This document shows positions 36,145 through 46,470 of a stretch of 58,116 bases of DNA, one piece after another. The DNA is from Candidatus Micrarchaeia archaeon (GTDB lineage: Archaea; Micrarchaeota; Micrarchaeia; CAILAH01), in contig JBMFNT010000002.1 of NCBI GenBank assembly GCA_049970015.1, positions 1 through 58,116 of the forward strand, read 5' to 3'. The notes below the pieces were generated by a model. It had not been told where the DNA came from and did not search any database. It saw only the letters and a program-made list of their open reading frames with translations. The translations under genes and the position numbers were made by a program. Positions within the stretch are counted from its first letter, which is position 1. Every line of letters begins with the position of its first letter.

Positions 36145-38757
36145 TTAGCTTATCAGGCAAATGCTCCAGCCACAATCTTTGCAGCTTGCACAACCAGACT
36201 CGAAGTGTATGTTCTGGCCATAGCATTCTGGGCACATACCATCTTTAATAATGATACCATTTTTCTGTGCCATATTAGCTTCTGGTTCTTTAGGAATATT
36301 CTTGATGTTTATGTATTCCTTCACATACTCATTTTTCTCAATTATACTAGATATCATTGCAAGCGAATATTTGCTTACAGGTAGTAATTCGATTTTTTTC
36401 TTCACCTTTCCTGTGGATATGAGCACCTGACCCTTCTTTGACTCATTCTTATATATTGTTATTCCTTTACATAAAAGCTCGTGTGCAAGAAGGTATGCTT
36501 GCTCAACATCTTCTATCTTCACATCGGCAGGCATGTTTATGGTTTTGCTTATGCTATCCGTTATCCACATCTGCATAACGGCCTGTGCAACCAAATGATC
36601 TATCCAGTGCACGTCCATGGATGTGACAAATACATATCTTATGTCATCAGGTATTTGTTCTATTCCCTGTACACTTCCATAGTTTTCCATTATCTGCTTC
36701 ACAAGCTCAATTGAATTAATTCCTCTTCTCTCAAGCTCTTTTTCAAGCAACTCATTAGTATAGTAGAATGAACCAACAGTAACCCTCTTTTCAAATGCAA
36801 GCGAATAAACAGGCTCGATTCCTGTGCTTGTGTCTGCAATCATTCCTATTGATCCTGTTGGTGGTGCTGTTGTAACCATGGCATTTCTAAGTCCATTCTT
36901 CTTTATTTTGCTAACAAGCGCATTCCAGTCACATGTCCATTCCTCTTTATGGTAATATCCCTCTATTGGCATATCCCCATTAACATAATCTGTCTTTTCA
37001 TAGAGTGGAAACGGACCGCGTGCCTCAGCCAAGCTGCAGGACTCCTCATATGCATAGTATGTGAGGTGCTCTGAAACTTTTTTCATAAACTCAAACCCAT
37101 CTTCACTATTGTACCTTATTCCAAGCTTTATGAGTGCATGGGCAAGCCCCATAACACCAACACCTATCCTTCTTGTCTTTTTTGTTTTTTTCTCGATTTC
37201 ACTGAGTGGGTACTTGTTCACGCTTATTATATTGTCAAGCACGCGTACAACAAACCTCACAGTCTTATGAAACCTTTCCCAGTCAAATGATGGTTTACCA
37301 CTTCCATCACTGATAACAAAATTCTCAAGGTTTATGCTTGCCAGATTACAAGATTCGTAAGGGTACAATGGCTCTTCCCCACAAGGATTAGTCACTTTTA
37401 TCTCTCCCAGGGTCCTTCTCATTATGTTCCTCCTGTTAATGTTGTCAAAGAATAGTATCCCAGGGTCAGCAGTCTCCCATGCATTCTCTGCAATCATCCT
37501 GAACAATGCCCTTGGATTAACTTTTCTTACTGTTTTCCCAGTTGTTGGGTGCACAAGCGGATACTCTTCATTTTTCTCAAAATATTTCCAGAAATCCCCG
37601 TTTACTCCAACAGATATGTTGAAGTTCTCAAGAAATCCCTCCTTCTTCTTTGCACTTATGAACTTCTCTATGTCCGGGTGCCATATCTCAAGTATCCCCA
37701 TATTTGCCGCGCGCCTTACCCCACCTTGCTTTATGACATCTGACACTGAATCAATGAGCTTCATAAAACTTACTGGACCGCTTGCAACACCTGTTGTAGA
37801 TGCTACAATATCACCCTCTGGCCGTATTTTTGAGAAATTGACACCCGTCCCTCCACCGCTCTTGTGTATCATTGCACAGTCCCTTGCAAGTTTCATTATT
37901 GATTCCATGTCATCCTCAACATCAAGCGTGAAACATGCGGACAGCATACCGAGTTTTCTGCCTGAATTTACAAGGGTAGGCGTGTTTGGCAGGAAATCCC
38001 TGCTTACCATCTTCTCATAAGCCTCCATTGCAACCGTTTCAGCCTTCATGAACATTTTCTTTTCTAGCATTGCAAGCAGTTTTTCAATGGAGATTTTCAC
38101 CTTTCCTTCCTGCCCAAGCTCATTATACAGGGCGATCAGTCTCTCAAAATTCCATTTATTGATCGGCCACCCGTTTATTGAAAATTTTCCATCAAACTTT
38201 TCAATATCCTTATACTTATCTCCAGCCTTCTTCTTTGCACTCCTTCCGCTTTTATCGTAAACTTTTTCATCGTAGAAAATTTCAGGAATTGCCATCGTGA
38301 CGGCCACGCTCTGGAACAATTCCTTTGGAGTCTGTATTGGTTTGCCAGTTTCATCCTTTAATAAGTAGCGTGCTGCAAGAAGCCTGAGCGCATTTATGCT
38401 GAATCTCTTGTCAACTTCATCCAGCTCTGTCTTGTTAAGTATTTTCTTCTTCTCCTCGCGTATCTCACTTTTCTTGTTCCTGTAAAGTATGTATGCCTTT
38501 GCAACATCAAACAATCCAACACGCATCAGCTCCACTTCTATTATATCCTGTATCTCTTCCACTGAAGGAATTTTTCTCTCAAACAACTTGCCGCACTTGG
38601 TAAGCACTTCTCCCACAATCCGCTTTAGGAGCTTCTCATCATACATCTCCTTTGCAATCATTGCCTTTTTTATAGAATTAGATATTCTCTCTTCATCAAA
38701 AGATACAATACGCCCATCCCTTTTCCTTACCTTTGCAGGCACTCGTATTTTTCCCAC
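36145..38757 (-). CDS. nrdJ: Class II (adenosylcobalamin-dependent) ribonucleotide reductase with ATP-cone and C-terminal zinc ribbon
   Basis: ATP-cone at the N-terminus (VRKRDGRIVSFDEERI), active-site NPCGEEPL, and a C-terminal CPEC...CASCKDC. Confidence 0.9.
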   Translation of the reverse strand: MGKIRVPAKVRKRDGRIVSFDEERISNSIKKAMIAKEMYDEKLLKRIVGEVLTKCGKLFERKIPSVEEIQDIIEVELMRVGLFDVAKAYILYRNKKSEIREEKKKILNKTELDEVDKRFSINALRLLAARYLLKDETGKPIQTPKELFQSVAVTMAIPEIFYDEKVYDKSGRSAKKKAGDKYKDIEKFDGKFSINGWPINKWNFERLIALYNELGQEGKVKISIEKLLAMLEKKMFMKAETVAMEAYEKMVSRDFLPNTPTLVNSGRKLGMLSACFTLDVEDDMESIMKLARDCAMIHKSGGGTGVNFSKIRPEGDIVASTTGVASGPVSFMKLIDSVSDVIKQGGVRRAANMGILEIWHPDIEKFISAKKKEGFLENFNISVGVNGDFWKYFEKNEEYPLVHPTTGKTVRKVNPRALFRMIAENAWETADPGILFFDNINRRNIMRRTLGEIKVTNPCGEEPLYPYESCNLASINLENFVISDGSGKPSFDWERFHKTVRFVVRVLDNIISVNKYPLSEIEKKTKKTRRIGVGVMGLAHALIKLGIRYNSEDGFEFMKKVSEHLTYYAYEESCSLAEARGPFPLYEKTDYVNGDMPIEGYYHKEEWTCDWNALVSKIKKNGLRNAMVTTAPPTGSIGMIADTSTGIEPVYSLAFEKRVTVGSFYYTNELLEKELERRGINSIELVKQIMENYGSVQGIEQIPDDIRYVFVTSMDVHWIDHLVAQAVMQMWITDSISKTINMPADVKIEDVEQAYLLAHELLCKGITIYKNESKKGQVLISTGKVKKKIELLPVSKYSLAMISSIIEKNEYVKEYINIKNIPKEPEANMAQKNGIIIKDGMCPECYGQNIHFESGCASCKDCGWSICLIS

Positions 38758-38807
38758 AGTTTTATTTTAGTATGCATCCTTTTATTTTTTATGCGTGATT
38801 TATACCC

Positions 38808-39494
38808 ATGAAACCAATAATCACGCTCTCGATAGGCGGGAGTCTTATAGTGCCAGGGGAACCTGATGTAGAATACATAAAGAAAATGGGCAATCTCCTC
38901 ATGAAACACTCCGTTAAGTTCAAGTTTGCAATCGTAACAGGAGGAGGTGCTGCGGCACGTGTCTATGCACGTGCGATGAAAAACATTATCAATAATGAGT
39001 TTTTGGCGGACCAGGCAGCAATAATGAGTACTTGGCAAAATGCATACCTAATACTTGCAGCATTACATGGGAAGGCTTACAAGACATTACCAAAAACATT
39101 TGATGAGGCGGCACAGGCGCTTGAGACGAACGATTTTGTTGTTATGGGAGGTACTATGCCAGGTATTACTACGGATACAGATGCAGTGCTTCTTGCGGAG
39201 AGGGTTGGCTCAAAAAGAATAGTAAACATAAGTAATGTGGACGCAATATATACGGGAGACCCGAGGAAGGATAGCAATGCAAAAAAGATTGACAGGATGC
39301 ATGTTGATGAGCTGGTTTCGATGGCCTCAGTTGCGGATAGGAGGAAGGCTGGAGAGAATTTCATATTTGACATACTTGCATGTAAGCTCCTCGCACGCTC
39401 TGGTATAGAGGCGCATTTTGTGAGCGGCCGCAACTTGATGGATGTTGAGAATGCAATTATTGGCAGGAAACATGGTGGGACAGTTGTAAAGTGA
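38808..39494 (+). CDS. pyrH: Uridylate kinase, archaeal type
   Basis: Amino acid kinase fold with LSIGGSLI, TGGGAAAR and GGTMPGITTD. Confidence 0.88.
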   Translation: MKPIITLSIGGSLIVPGEPDVEYIKKMGNLLMKHSVKFKFAIVTGGGAAARVYARAMKNIINNEFLADQAAIMSTWQNAYLILAALHGKAYKTLPKTFDEAAQALETNDFVVMGGTMPGITTDTDAVLLAERVGSKRIVNISNVDAIYTGDPRKDSNAKKIDRMHVDELVSMASVADRRKAGENFIFDILACKLLARSGIEAHFVSGRNLMDVENAIIGRKHGGTVVK

Positions 39495-39528
39495 GGCCAA
39501 GGAAGCGATACGTTCTACAATAGGATTT

Positions 39529-40215
39529 TTACTCGAGTACCCATTCTCCTTTGAAACTAACTTTCTTTGCACCTTTTATTTTCATCAAGTCTCTTGCGAT
39601 CAGGGCCATGCCAGCTGTATTCCTCGCATTCTTCTCATCATACTTTACGCTTCCCATATCTATCTCAATCTCACCTTCAGCCCTAGAACTTATGGTGCAT
39701 GCGATATCATACCTTTCAGCAAGCAACCTTGCCCTATCTTCAGCACTTTTTGCATCTTTCACAACTTTGAGCTCATACTTTAGTGGGACCCCGGCAAGTG
39801 GATGATTAAAATCAGTTATTACGCGCCCACTGTTGACAGCGCGTATGGTTGCAGGTGTATCATCTATATTGACAACCTGCCCTGGAATAGGGTCTATCCC
39901 AGCACTCTTGAACTGCTTTAGTGGAATTATTCTTACAAGCCCTTCATCTCTTTTACCAAACGCCTTCTCTGGAGGCACTTCAAATTCCTTACTCATATTT
40001 TCCTCAAGGCCTATCAGTACCTCATCAACCCCTTCAAGTATCTCTTTATTTCCAACAGTTAAAACTGCAAACCCATACCTTTTCTTTGGGTCGTATATCC
40101 CAGCCTCTTTTGCCTTTTTCTCATCTGTAGTATCTATTACATGCCCAGTGCTCTTTGAGTATGCAGTATACTCTATCTTAACAACATCTCCCTTTTCAAT
40201 AGCCATATACATCAA
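39529..40215 (-). CDS. FKBP-type peptidyl-prolyl cis-trans isomerase (long archaeal type)
   Basis: GDVVKIEYTAY...VIDTT, an IF-insert region, and NHPLAG. Confidence 0.85.
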   Translation of the reverse strand: MMYMAIEKGDVVKIEYTAYSKSTGHVIDTTDEKKAKEAGIYDPKKRYGFAVLTVGNKEILEGVDEVLIGLEENMSKEFEVPPEKAFGKRDEGLVRIIPLKQFKSAGIDPIPGQVVNIDDTPATIRAVNSGRVITDFNHPLAGVPLKYELKVVKDAKSAEDRARLLAERYDIACTISSRAEGEIEIDMGSVKYDEKNARNTAGMALIARDLMKIKGAKKVSFKGEWVLE

Positions 40216-40270
40216 CCTTACCTTAATTCAAAGCATAAACACTTTAAACTTTTGCTACTTATTCAAACAG

Positions 40271-41536
40271 ATGGCAATCTCAATAACCCGCAGCCAGGCA
40301 ATCCAGCTTATAGTCATATTAACAGCTATTGTATTCATTGCATCGACGCTGAGCATTTGGTTCAGAAGTAGCAACAGCTCACCACCTTCAGTTACTCAAT
40401 CAGGGCAGGCCTCAATCGAACAGAATGTTTCAATAGGCCGTGCAAACATAGTTCTTATCCTGGAGTCATACTCCCCAGTTGTCAAGTCAGGTGTTCTCAA
40501 TGATGATGCAAGCAATTATGTCAAGGAGCTTGCAGCTAATGGAAAGGTACAGTATATTGATACATCAAACCCTTCGTACACGACAATTGTTCTCTCAAAT
40601 AAAGATGATGTTTACAATTTTACAAAGACTTTACTATCGCTTGACACAAATGCAAGTATAATGCTTGAAGCATATGTGTACTCTAATGAGGAGTTTGATT
40701 TCATAACTCCAGAAGGTATTGTAAGGACTAGTATACCCCGTAGCAAGATCACTCTGACCTCTCCATATCCTGTTGGCAGTATGCTAGCATTCAATGCACT
40801 TGCACAGTTCTCCAATGGCAAGATTGTTAATGCGAAGCTTACCCCGCTTGCAATAACAGATACTGCTGAGATGCAAGCAAGGGTTGATGAGCTTTACCCA
40901 TATCATTATGTGAGGATGTTTTTCTTCTGGCATGATCGTGTAGCAATCAACAATTCATACGCCACACTAAAAGAATCTCTCTCGCAGATTAATGCAACTA
41001 ATATAAGCATGAGATATGTGCGTAATGATGTTGCATATGCTTCAAGGCCGTTGACTATTTATGAAATTGCCAGTTTGCAGGAAATGCTTCCAGGAGTTAA
41101 AATGGTGCGCGGCAATGAGATCGTGATATATAGCAATTACTCTTACACTGAGAATGATGTGAGTGATGGAGTTGCAAATGCAACAAACAACTCAGTATCT
41201 ATATCATTTTCTCCTCCACTGCTTGAGATTGTGTTCGATTACACTGGTCCGGTTGAAAAGCTTGACGAAGTGCTTGACGAGTTTGAATATACTCCCATTT
41301 CAAAAGAGGTTTATAGGAGGGCGCGCATAACAATTCCTGCTGGAAATGTTACAGTAAATGGCAAGGAGTATGAGATTGCAAAGAATATTGAGATTACAGC
41401 GCTTGTTCCATACAATGCCCAGGTTGGTGGAACCACTTCAGTAAAAATTAGACTATCAATACTAGGTGATCAGATCGTTTCTGCAGAACAGGTTCTTGAA
41501 GTACCAGTGAAAGTTGACAATAGGTACATTAAGTAA
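40271..41536 (+). CDS. Membrane-anchored hypothetical protein
   Basis: The ATG at 40271 is followed by a TM segment (LIVILTAIVFIASTLSIWF). The upstream part of ORF 39833..41536 is antisense to the FKBP gene and low-complexity. Confidence 0.55.
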   Translation: MAISITRSQAIQLIVILTAIVFIASTLSIWFRSSNSSPPSVTQSGQASIEQNVSIGRANIVLILESYSPVVKSGVLNDDASNYVKELAANGKVQYIDTSNPSYTTIVLSNKDDVYNFTKTLLSLDTNASIMLEAYVYSNEEFDFITPEGIVRTSIPRSKITLTSPYPVGSMLAFNALAQFSNGKIVNAKLTPLAITDTAEMQARVDELYPYHYVRMFFFWHDRVAINNSYATLKESLSQINATNISMRYVRNDVAYASRPLTIYEIASLQEMLPGVKMVRGNEIVIYSNYSYTENDVSDGVANATNNSVSISFSPPLLEIVFDYTGPVEKLDEVLDEFEYTPISKEVYRRARITIPAGNVTVNGKEYEIAKNIEITALVPYNAQVGGTTSVKIRLSILGDQIVSAEQVLEVPVKVDNRYIK

Positions 41537-41582
41537 ATTGCATAGATGTATTCATATTTATTTTATTTTTATCCACTAATTC

Positions 41583-41963
41583 ATGCACATGGCCAGAAAT
41601 TATGTTAAAGGGGCACGTTCAGAGCGTGAGCTTGCAAACATGCTTGTTGAAAGAGGTTTTCTTGTAGTGCGTGCTGCAGGCTCTGGTGTTTACAAGACTG
41701 CACCAGACCTTCTTGCATTTAAGGGACATGAGCAGTACGCGTTTGAATGCAAGGCATGGAAAGGCGATCGGCTCTCATTGAGAAAAGAGCAGTATGGATT
41801 GCTTAGGGAGTGGGAGGAAAAGAGCGGGCTTTCTGTTTACATTGCATGGAAAGTGCCATACGATGGCTGGCTCTTTGTAAGGCCGAGCGAGCTTAATGAA
41901 CATATGTCCATACGCATTGATCATGCAAGGCGGATAGGTCGCAGGATTGAAGGGTTGGTTTGA
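41583..41963 (+). CDS. hjc: Holliday junction resolvase Hjc
   Basis: GARSERELANML...RAAGSG...DLLAF...ECK, the archaeal Hjc catalytic pattern. Confidence 0.88.
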   Translation: MHMARNYVKGARSERELANMLVERGFLVVRAAGSGVYKTAPDLLAFKGHEQYAFECKAWKGDRLSLRKEQYGLLREWEEKSGLSVYIAWKVPYDGWLFVRPSELNEHMSIRIDHARRIGRRIEGLV

Positions 41964-41964
41964 T

Positions 41965-42960
41965 ATGAAAGGAGTGAAGGTGCTGAAGCAGCATGCGCAC
42001 GATGTCATCAAGCTGCTCTCGGCCAAAAATCTCATAAACAGGGAGTACGTGATAAAAAAAGGCAAGAAGTATGTATATATTCCTGTCAAAGGGCGGATGG
42101 GTTTTGAGGATATTCATGTTAGTGTTGTGAACATAAAATTTCAGAAAAAAGAAAAACAGCCCAAAACATTACGGGAAATAATTGATACTAATGGTTTTAG
42201 GGCGTTTGACATAATAGGGGATATTGCACTGATTGAAGTGCGGAAAGGTGATAAGGGATTGGAGAAACGGATTGGAAATGGAATACTCAAAGTTCACAAA
42301 AACATAAAAGCCGTTTTTGCAAAAGAGCCCGTACGCGGCAAGTACCGTGTAAGAGGTGTACGGTATGTGTGCGGTATCAATAAGACTGAAACAGTGCACA
42401 GGGAGCATGGATGCATGTTTAAGCTTGATATTTCTAAAGTGTATTTCTCTCAGAGACTATCGCATGAGCGTGGCAGGATAGCTGACCTTGTGAAAGAAGG
42501 TGAGAATATCCTTGTGCTTTTTGGGGGTGTTGCACCTTTTGCAATAGTCATAGCAAAAAAGCACAGGAATGTTAAAGTATATTCTATTGAGATTAATCCA
42601 GATGCACACATGTATGCACTTGAGAATGTGAGGTTGAATAAGGTTGAAGATAGGGTTTTTCCTGTGCAGGGAGATGTTATTGAGGTGTTGAGCGATAAAA
42701 AGTTCGAAAACTGGGCTGACAGAATAATAATGCCATTACCATGGAATGCAATAAATTTTATCCCGAATATAATACATTCTGCACGAAAGGGAAGCATGTT
42801 GCACATATACACATTCTGCAGGACAGAAGAGGTTGATGATGTAAAACAGAAAATCAGCAACCTGATTGGAAGGCCATCAAAGCTTATTTACTGCAGGCGT
42901 GTACGCACATACTCCCCAGATATTGAACAGTATGTTTTCGATTTCTTGGTTAATGGGTAG
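41965..42960 (+). CDS. trm5: tRNA (guanine37-N1)-methyltransferase Trm5 / Taw22 family
   Basis: FKLDISKVYFSQRLSHERGRI and SIEINPDAHMYALENVRLNKV. Confidence 0.82.
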   Translation: MKGVKVLKQHAHDVIKLLSAKNLINREYVIKKGKKYVYIPVKGRMGFEDIHVSVVNIKFQKKEKQPKTLREIIDTNGFRAFDIIGDIALIEVRKGDKGLEKRIGNGILKVHKNIKAVFAKEPVRGKYRVRGVRYVCGINKTETVHREHGCMFKLDISKVYFSQRLSHERGRIADLVKEGENILVLFGGVAPFAIVIAKKHRNVKVYSIEINPDAHMYALENVRLNKVEDRVFPVQGDVIEVLSDKKFENWADRIIMPLPWNAINFIPNIIHSARKGSMLHIYTFCRTEEVDDVKQKISNLIGRPSKLIYCRRVRTYSPDIEQYVFDFLVNG

Positions 42961-43375
42961 CATTTTCTATAATTCTCTTCACATTCTCCATCATTCTTGA
43001 GAATTGATACATTGCAGATTCCTCTATATCTTTGTAAAACTGTACCTTCTCGCCTGCAGACAGATTCTCGCTGGAGATGATATCAAGCTCAGCTATTGCT
43101 AACACATAGCTCTTTTTTATCTCATCTAGAGCCTCGCGGACAGCCTTTCTTACATTTGGGTCTATGGTTGAGCTATATATTTTGCTCAGTTTTTCAGTAT
43201 GTTCAACAAACCGTTTCTCTATCCTTTCTTGTACGGATTTTTTACCATGAACATCCTGCACAAAACCACTTATTTGCTGTAATAGCTCGCCAAGCCCTGA
43301 AATTTTCTTTTCTTCACTTATCAGCCTCTTTACCTTTTCCTCTTCTTTTTTGACAGGCTTGGTAGCCTCAAGCAT
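42950..43375 (-). CDS. Coiled-coil hypothetical protein
   Basis: 141-aa charged helical ORF with no recognisable motif. Confidence 0.45.
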   Translation of the reverse strand: MLEATKPVKKEEEKVKRLISEEKKISGLGELLQQISGFVQDVHGKKSVQERIEKRFVEHTEKLSKIYSSTIDPNVRKAVREALDEIKKSYVLAIAELDIISSENLSAGEKVQFYKDIEESAMYQFSRMMENVKRIIENATH

Positions 43376-43425
43376 GCATAACTATCTCATCCACATTTTT
43401 TAAATGTGCTTGCTTATGTTTTTAT

Positions 43426-44520
43426 ATGGAGCTTGCCGACCTTGAATATCATTACATTACCAGAGAACTGAAAGAGAAGCTCGTACAATCTCACATCTCA
43501 AAAATTTACCAGTTGACTGATGTTTTGTTCAAACTCACTTTTGCAGGAAAGACGGGCAAACATACCCTGCTGGTTCAAATCCCAAAGTATATCACACTAA
43601 CTTCGCGTGTGCTACAACCACCGGAAACACCATCAAACTTCATAATGGCATTGAGAAAACGGATTATGGGAGGGCAGGTGGAGGATGTTTACCAGAATGG
43701 GTTTGAGCGCATAGTTTTCATTAGTATAAAGAACCAGGGCAAGAGGTATAAGATGATTATAGAATTGTTTTCAAGGGGAAACATAATCTTGTGCAATGAG
43801 CAGGGTATTATTGAAGTTGTATACAGGAGTGAAGAGTGGAAGGACAGGAAGATTGCCCGCGGTCTTGAGTACAGGATGCCACCCTCAAAACTATCCCCAT
43901 ATGATATAACTACTGAGCATATAACCCTCTGCGGAAAGAAGAGCTTGTTTGCCGGTATATTGTCAAGAGTTTCAATCGCCCCTAAATATCTTGAAGAGGC
44001 ATTCTTCCGTGCAGGCATAAACCCAAAGATTAATGTTGAGCTTTCTGAGCATGACAGGCAGGAGCTGATTGAAAGGGTACACGAGGTATGTAATGAAGGA
44101 AGGTATTATGTGTACATGAAAGATGGAAAAATAGTAGATTATTCTGTATGCTCGCTGTCCAAGTATGCAGATTTTGAGAAAATGGAGTTTGGATCGGTGT
44201 GCGAGCTTATAGATAAGGTATACGAACCCGTATTGGTTGATACGGGCGCTGAAAACAATACTGTGAAAGAGAAGGAAAAGGCAGTTTTGGAAGAGATGAA
44301 GGTGCACCTTGAAGAGCTTCGCAGGAAGGCTGAAGAGTATAAGCAATATGGAGACTTGATATATTCTAACTATGCACTTCTCGAGCGATTGGTTGAGGAA
44401 ACAAAACTGATGGAACGCAAGGGCATGGATGATGAACAAATAAATAGACTACTTTCAGAAATATACTCCGGCGCACATTTTGATCGCAAGAGGAAAGTGC
44501 TGATAGTATCTTTTGATTGA
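43426..44520 (+). CDS. NFACT-N (FbpA/Rqc2-like) domain protein, short form
   Basis: The N-terminal pattern ...PSNFIMALRKRIMGGQVEDVYQNGFERIV...ELFSRGNIILC matches the NFACT-N domain. It is followed only by a coiled coil. Confidence 0.55.
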   Translation: MELADLEYHYITRELKEKLVQSHISKIYQLTDVLFKLTFAGKTGKHTLLVQIPKYITLTSRVLQPPETPSNFIMALRKRIMGGQVEDVYQNGFERIVFISIKNQGKRYKMIIELFSRGNIILCNEQGIIEVVYRSEEWKDRKIARGLEYRMPPSKLSPYDITTEHITLCGKKSLFAGILSRVSIAPKYLEEAFFRAGINPKINVELSEHDRQELIERVHEVCNEGRYYVYMKDGKIVDYSVCSLSKYADFEKMEFGSVCELIDKVYEPVLVDTGAENNTVKEKEKAVLEEMKVHLEELRRKAEEYKQYGDLIYSNYALLERLVEETKLMERKGMDDEQINRLLSEIYSGAHFDRKRKVLIVSFD

Positions 44521-44530
44521 TGGTGGTTTT

Positions 44531-46162
44531 ATGAAGTATTTGGTGACAGCAGCATTGCCGTATGCAAATGGTCCTTTACACTTGGGGCATGTGAGGAGCA
44601 CATACTTGCCAGCAGACATATACTCACGGTTTCTAAGAATGTTTGGTGAAGATGTGAAGTTTGTTTGTGCTACGGATGAGCATGGCACACCCATTGTGGT
44701 TAATGCAGAGAAGGAGAAAAAGACACCTAAGGAGTTTGTAGATTACTACCATGAGCTTGATAAAGAAATATTCCTGAAGATGGGGTTTTCTTTTGATTCA
44801 TTCCACAGAACATCAAGTAAGGAAAATTTCGAGCTTACCCAGCATTTCTTCAAAAAAATGAATGAAAATGGATATATCTATGAGCATGAGGTGAAACAGC
44901 TTTTCTGCACCAAATGCAAGCGTGCACTGCCAGACAGAATGGTAAAGGGCAAGTGTCCGTACTGTGGCGCAGAGGAACAGTATGGTGATCAGTGTGAGAA
45001 ATGTGGCCATGTGATAAAAGTTGAAAACCTTGTAAACCCGTATTGTGCAGTATGCGGTACTTCCCCTATAGTTACAGTTTCAAAACATTACTTTTTCAGG
45101 TTGAGTGCATTCTCTGACAGATTGCGTGAATGGATAGTGAGCAAGCAAGAGTTTCAAGATGAAGTTAAGAGGTATGTATTGAGCTGGATAGAAAATGGGC
45201 TTCATGATTGGGACATAACACGAGACTTGGAATGGGGTATACCTGTACCGGGCAGCACAAACCTTGTATTCTATGTGTGGTTTGATGCACCAATATGCTA
45301 TGTGAGCTCGACAAAAGCAATAGTAAAAAATTGGGAGGGATACTGGAAAGGCGATGATGTACGTATAATCCATTTCATAGGAAAGGACATAAGTTATCAT
45401 CATTACTTGTTTTGGCCCGCTATGCTCATGGCTGTTGATGAAGGGTATGCACTTCCTTATGCAATTCCAGTGCGTGGGTACCTTAATCTTGAAGGGGAAA
45501 AGTTCTCAAAAAGCAAAGGATGGTACATATCTATAGAAGATTTTCTGAAGATTTTTCCAGCAGATTATTTGAGATTCTATGAGACAGTTCTTACCCCCTA
45601 CTCAGCATCTGATGCCGACTTCTACTGGAGGGATTTTGAGGCGCGGATAAACAATGAGCTTGTTGCAAATGTTGGAAATTTCATCTATAGGACACTCTCC
45701 ATGATAAAACGAACATGCGATGGCAGGGTTCCTGAAGTCAAGCCGGACTATGACATGCTTTCTAAGATTATGCAAGCATCTGGAGATGTAAAGTCGCTCG
45801 CATATGAGTTTAAGGTCAAGGAAGCGCTTGACATAATCCTTTCATTATCATCCGAGTTCAATGCATATCTGAGTGCTAATGAACCATGGAAGAAGACAGG
45901 GCCGGAGAGGGATAAAATTCTGAAGACTGCTCTCCATGGAGTTCATGCGCTTTCAGTATTGCTCTTTCCATATATTCCAGAGTCGTGCCAGAGGCTGAGG
46001 AAACAGCTTCGGCTGGATACCGAGCCTAGTTGGATGGAAATAGAGGGCAATATAACTGGAAAAATCGACATTACTGAACTTGGTGAGGTTGCCCCGTTGT
46101 TTTCCAAGGTTGACGACAAGGTTATAAAGGAGCAGGAGTCATTGCTACGAGGAGATAAGTAA
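44531..46162 (+). CDS. metG: Methionyl-tRNA synthetase
   Basis: ALPYANGPLHLGHVRS (HIGH), KFSKS (KMSKS), and the CPYC...CEKCG zinc knuckle. Confidence 0.93.
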   Translation: MKYLVTAALPYANGPLHLGHVRSTYLPADIYSRFLRMFGEDVKFVCATDEHGTPIVVNAEKEKKTPKEFVDYYHELDKEIFLKMGFSFDSFHRTSSKENFELTQHFFKKMNENGYIYEHEVKQLFCTKCKRALPDRMVKGKCPYCGAEEQYGDQCEKCGHVIKVENLVNPYCAVCGTSPIVTVSKHYFFRLSAFSDRLREWIVSKQEFQDEVKRYVLSWIENGLHDWDITRDLEWGIPVPGSTNLVFYVWFDAPICYVSSTKAIVKNWEGYWKGDDVRIIHFIGKDISYHHYLFWPAMLMAVDEGYALPYAIPVRGYLNLEGEKFSKSKGWYISIEDFLKIFPADYLRFYETVLTPYSASDADFYWRDFEARINNELVANVGNFIYRTLSMIKRTCDGRVPEVKPDYDMLSKIMQASGDVKSLAYEFKVKEALDIILSLSSEFNAYLSANEPWKKTGPERDKILKTALHGVHALSVLLFPYIPESCQRLRKQLRLDTEPSWMEIEGNITGKIDITELGEVAPLFSKVDDKVIKEQESLLRGDK

Positions 46163-46205
46163 ATTTAAATAGATTTGTGCATATTTCTATGCGTAAGGTG
46201 GTCAT

Positions 46206-46466
46206 ATGCCAAAATATATGATTGCAAAACAACTTGCAGGTAAGAAAATAATTACCAGTGATGGTGAGGATCTGGGTAGGCTTTTGGATATAAAGGTTGC
46301 CGAGGTTGGCGGACGTCTGCAAACGCTTGTGATCGAGCCGAACTTCGACAGCCCGCTCGCGGCAAAATTGCAAAAAGATGAGCAGGGACACTCGCTCGTT
46401 TCTTATGATGCAGTAATGGCAGTGTCTGATTTTGTTATAGTAGACAAGAAAGTTCTCTCAGTTTGA
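46206..46466 (+). CDS. PRC-barrel domain protein
   Basis: GKKIITSDGEDLGRLLDIKV...LQTLVI. Confidence 0.7.
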   Translation: MPKYMIAKQLAGKKIITSDGEDLGRLLDIKVAEVGGRLQTLVIEPNFDSPLAAKLQKDEQGHSLVSYDAVMAVSDFVIVDKKVLSV

Positions 46467-46470
46467 TTTT

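Noticed and set aside
39833-40270. N-terminal 146 codons of ORF 39833..41536
   Set aside because: This part is antisense to the well-supported FKBP gene and is Ser/Thr/Pro/Ile low-complexity. The real gene most likely starts at the ATG at 40271, followed by a TM helix.
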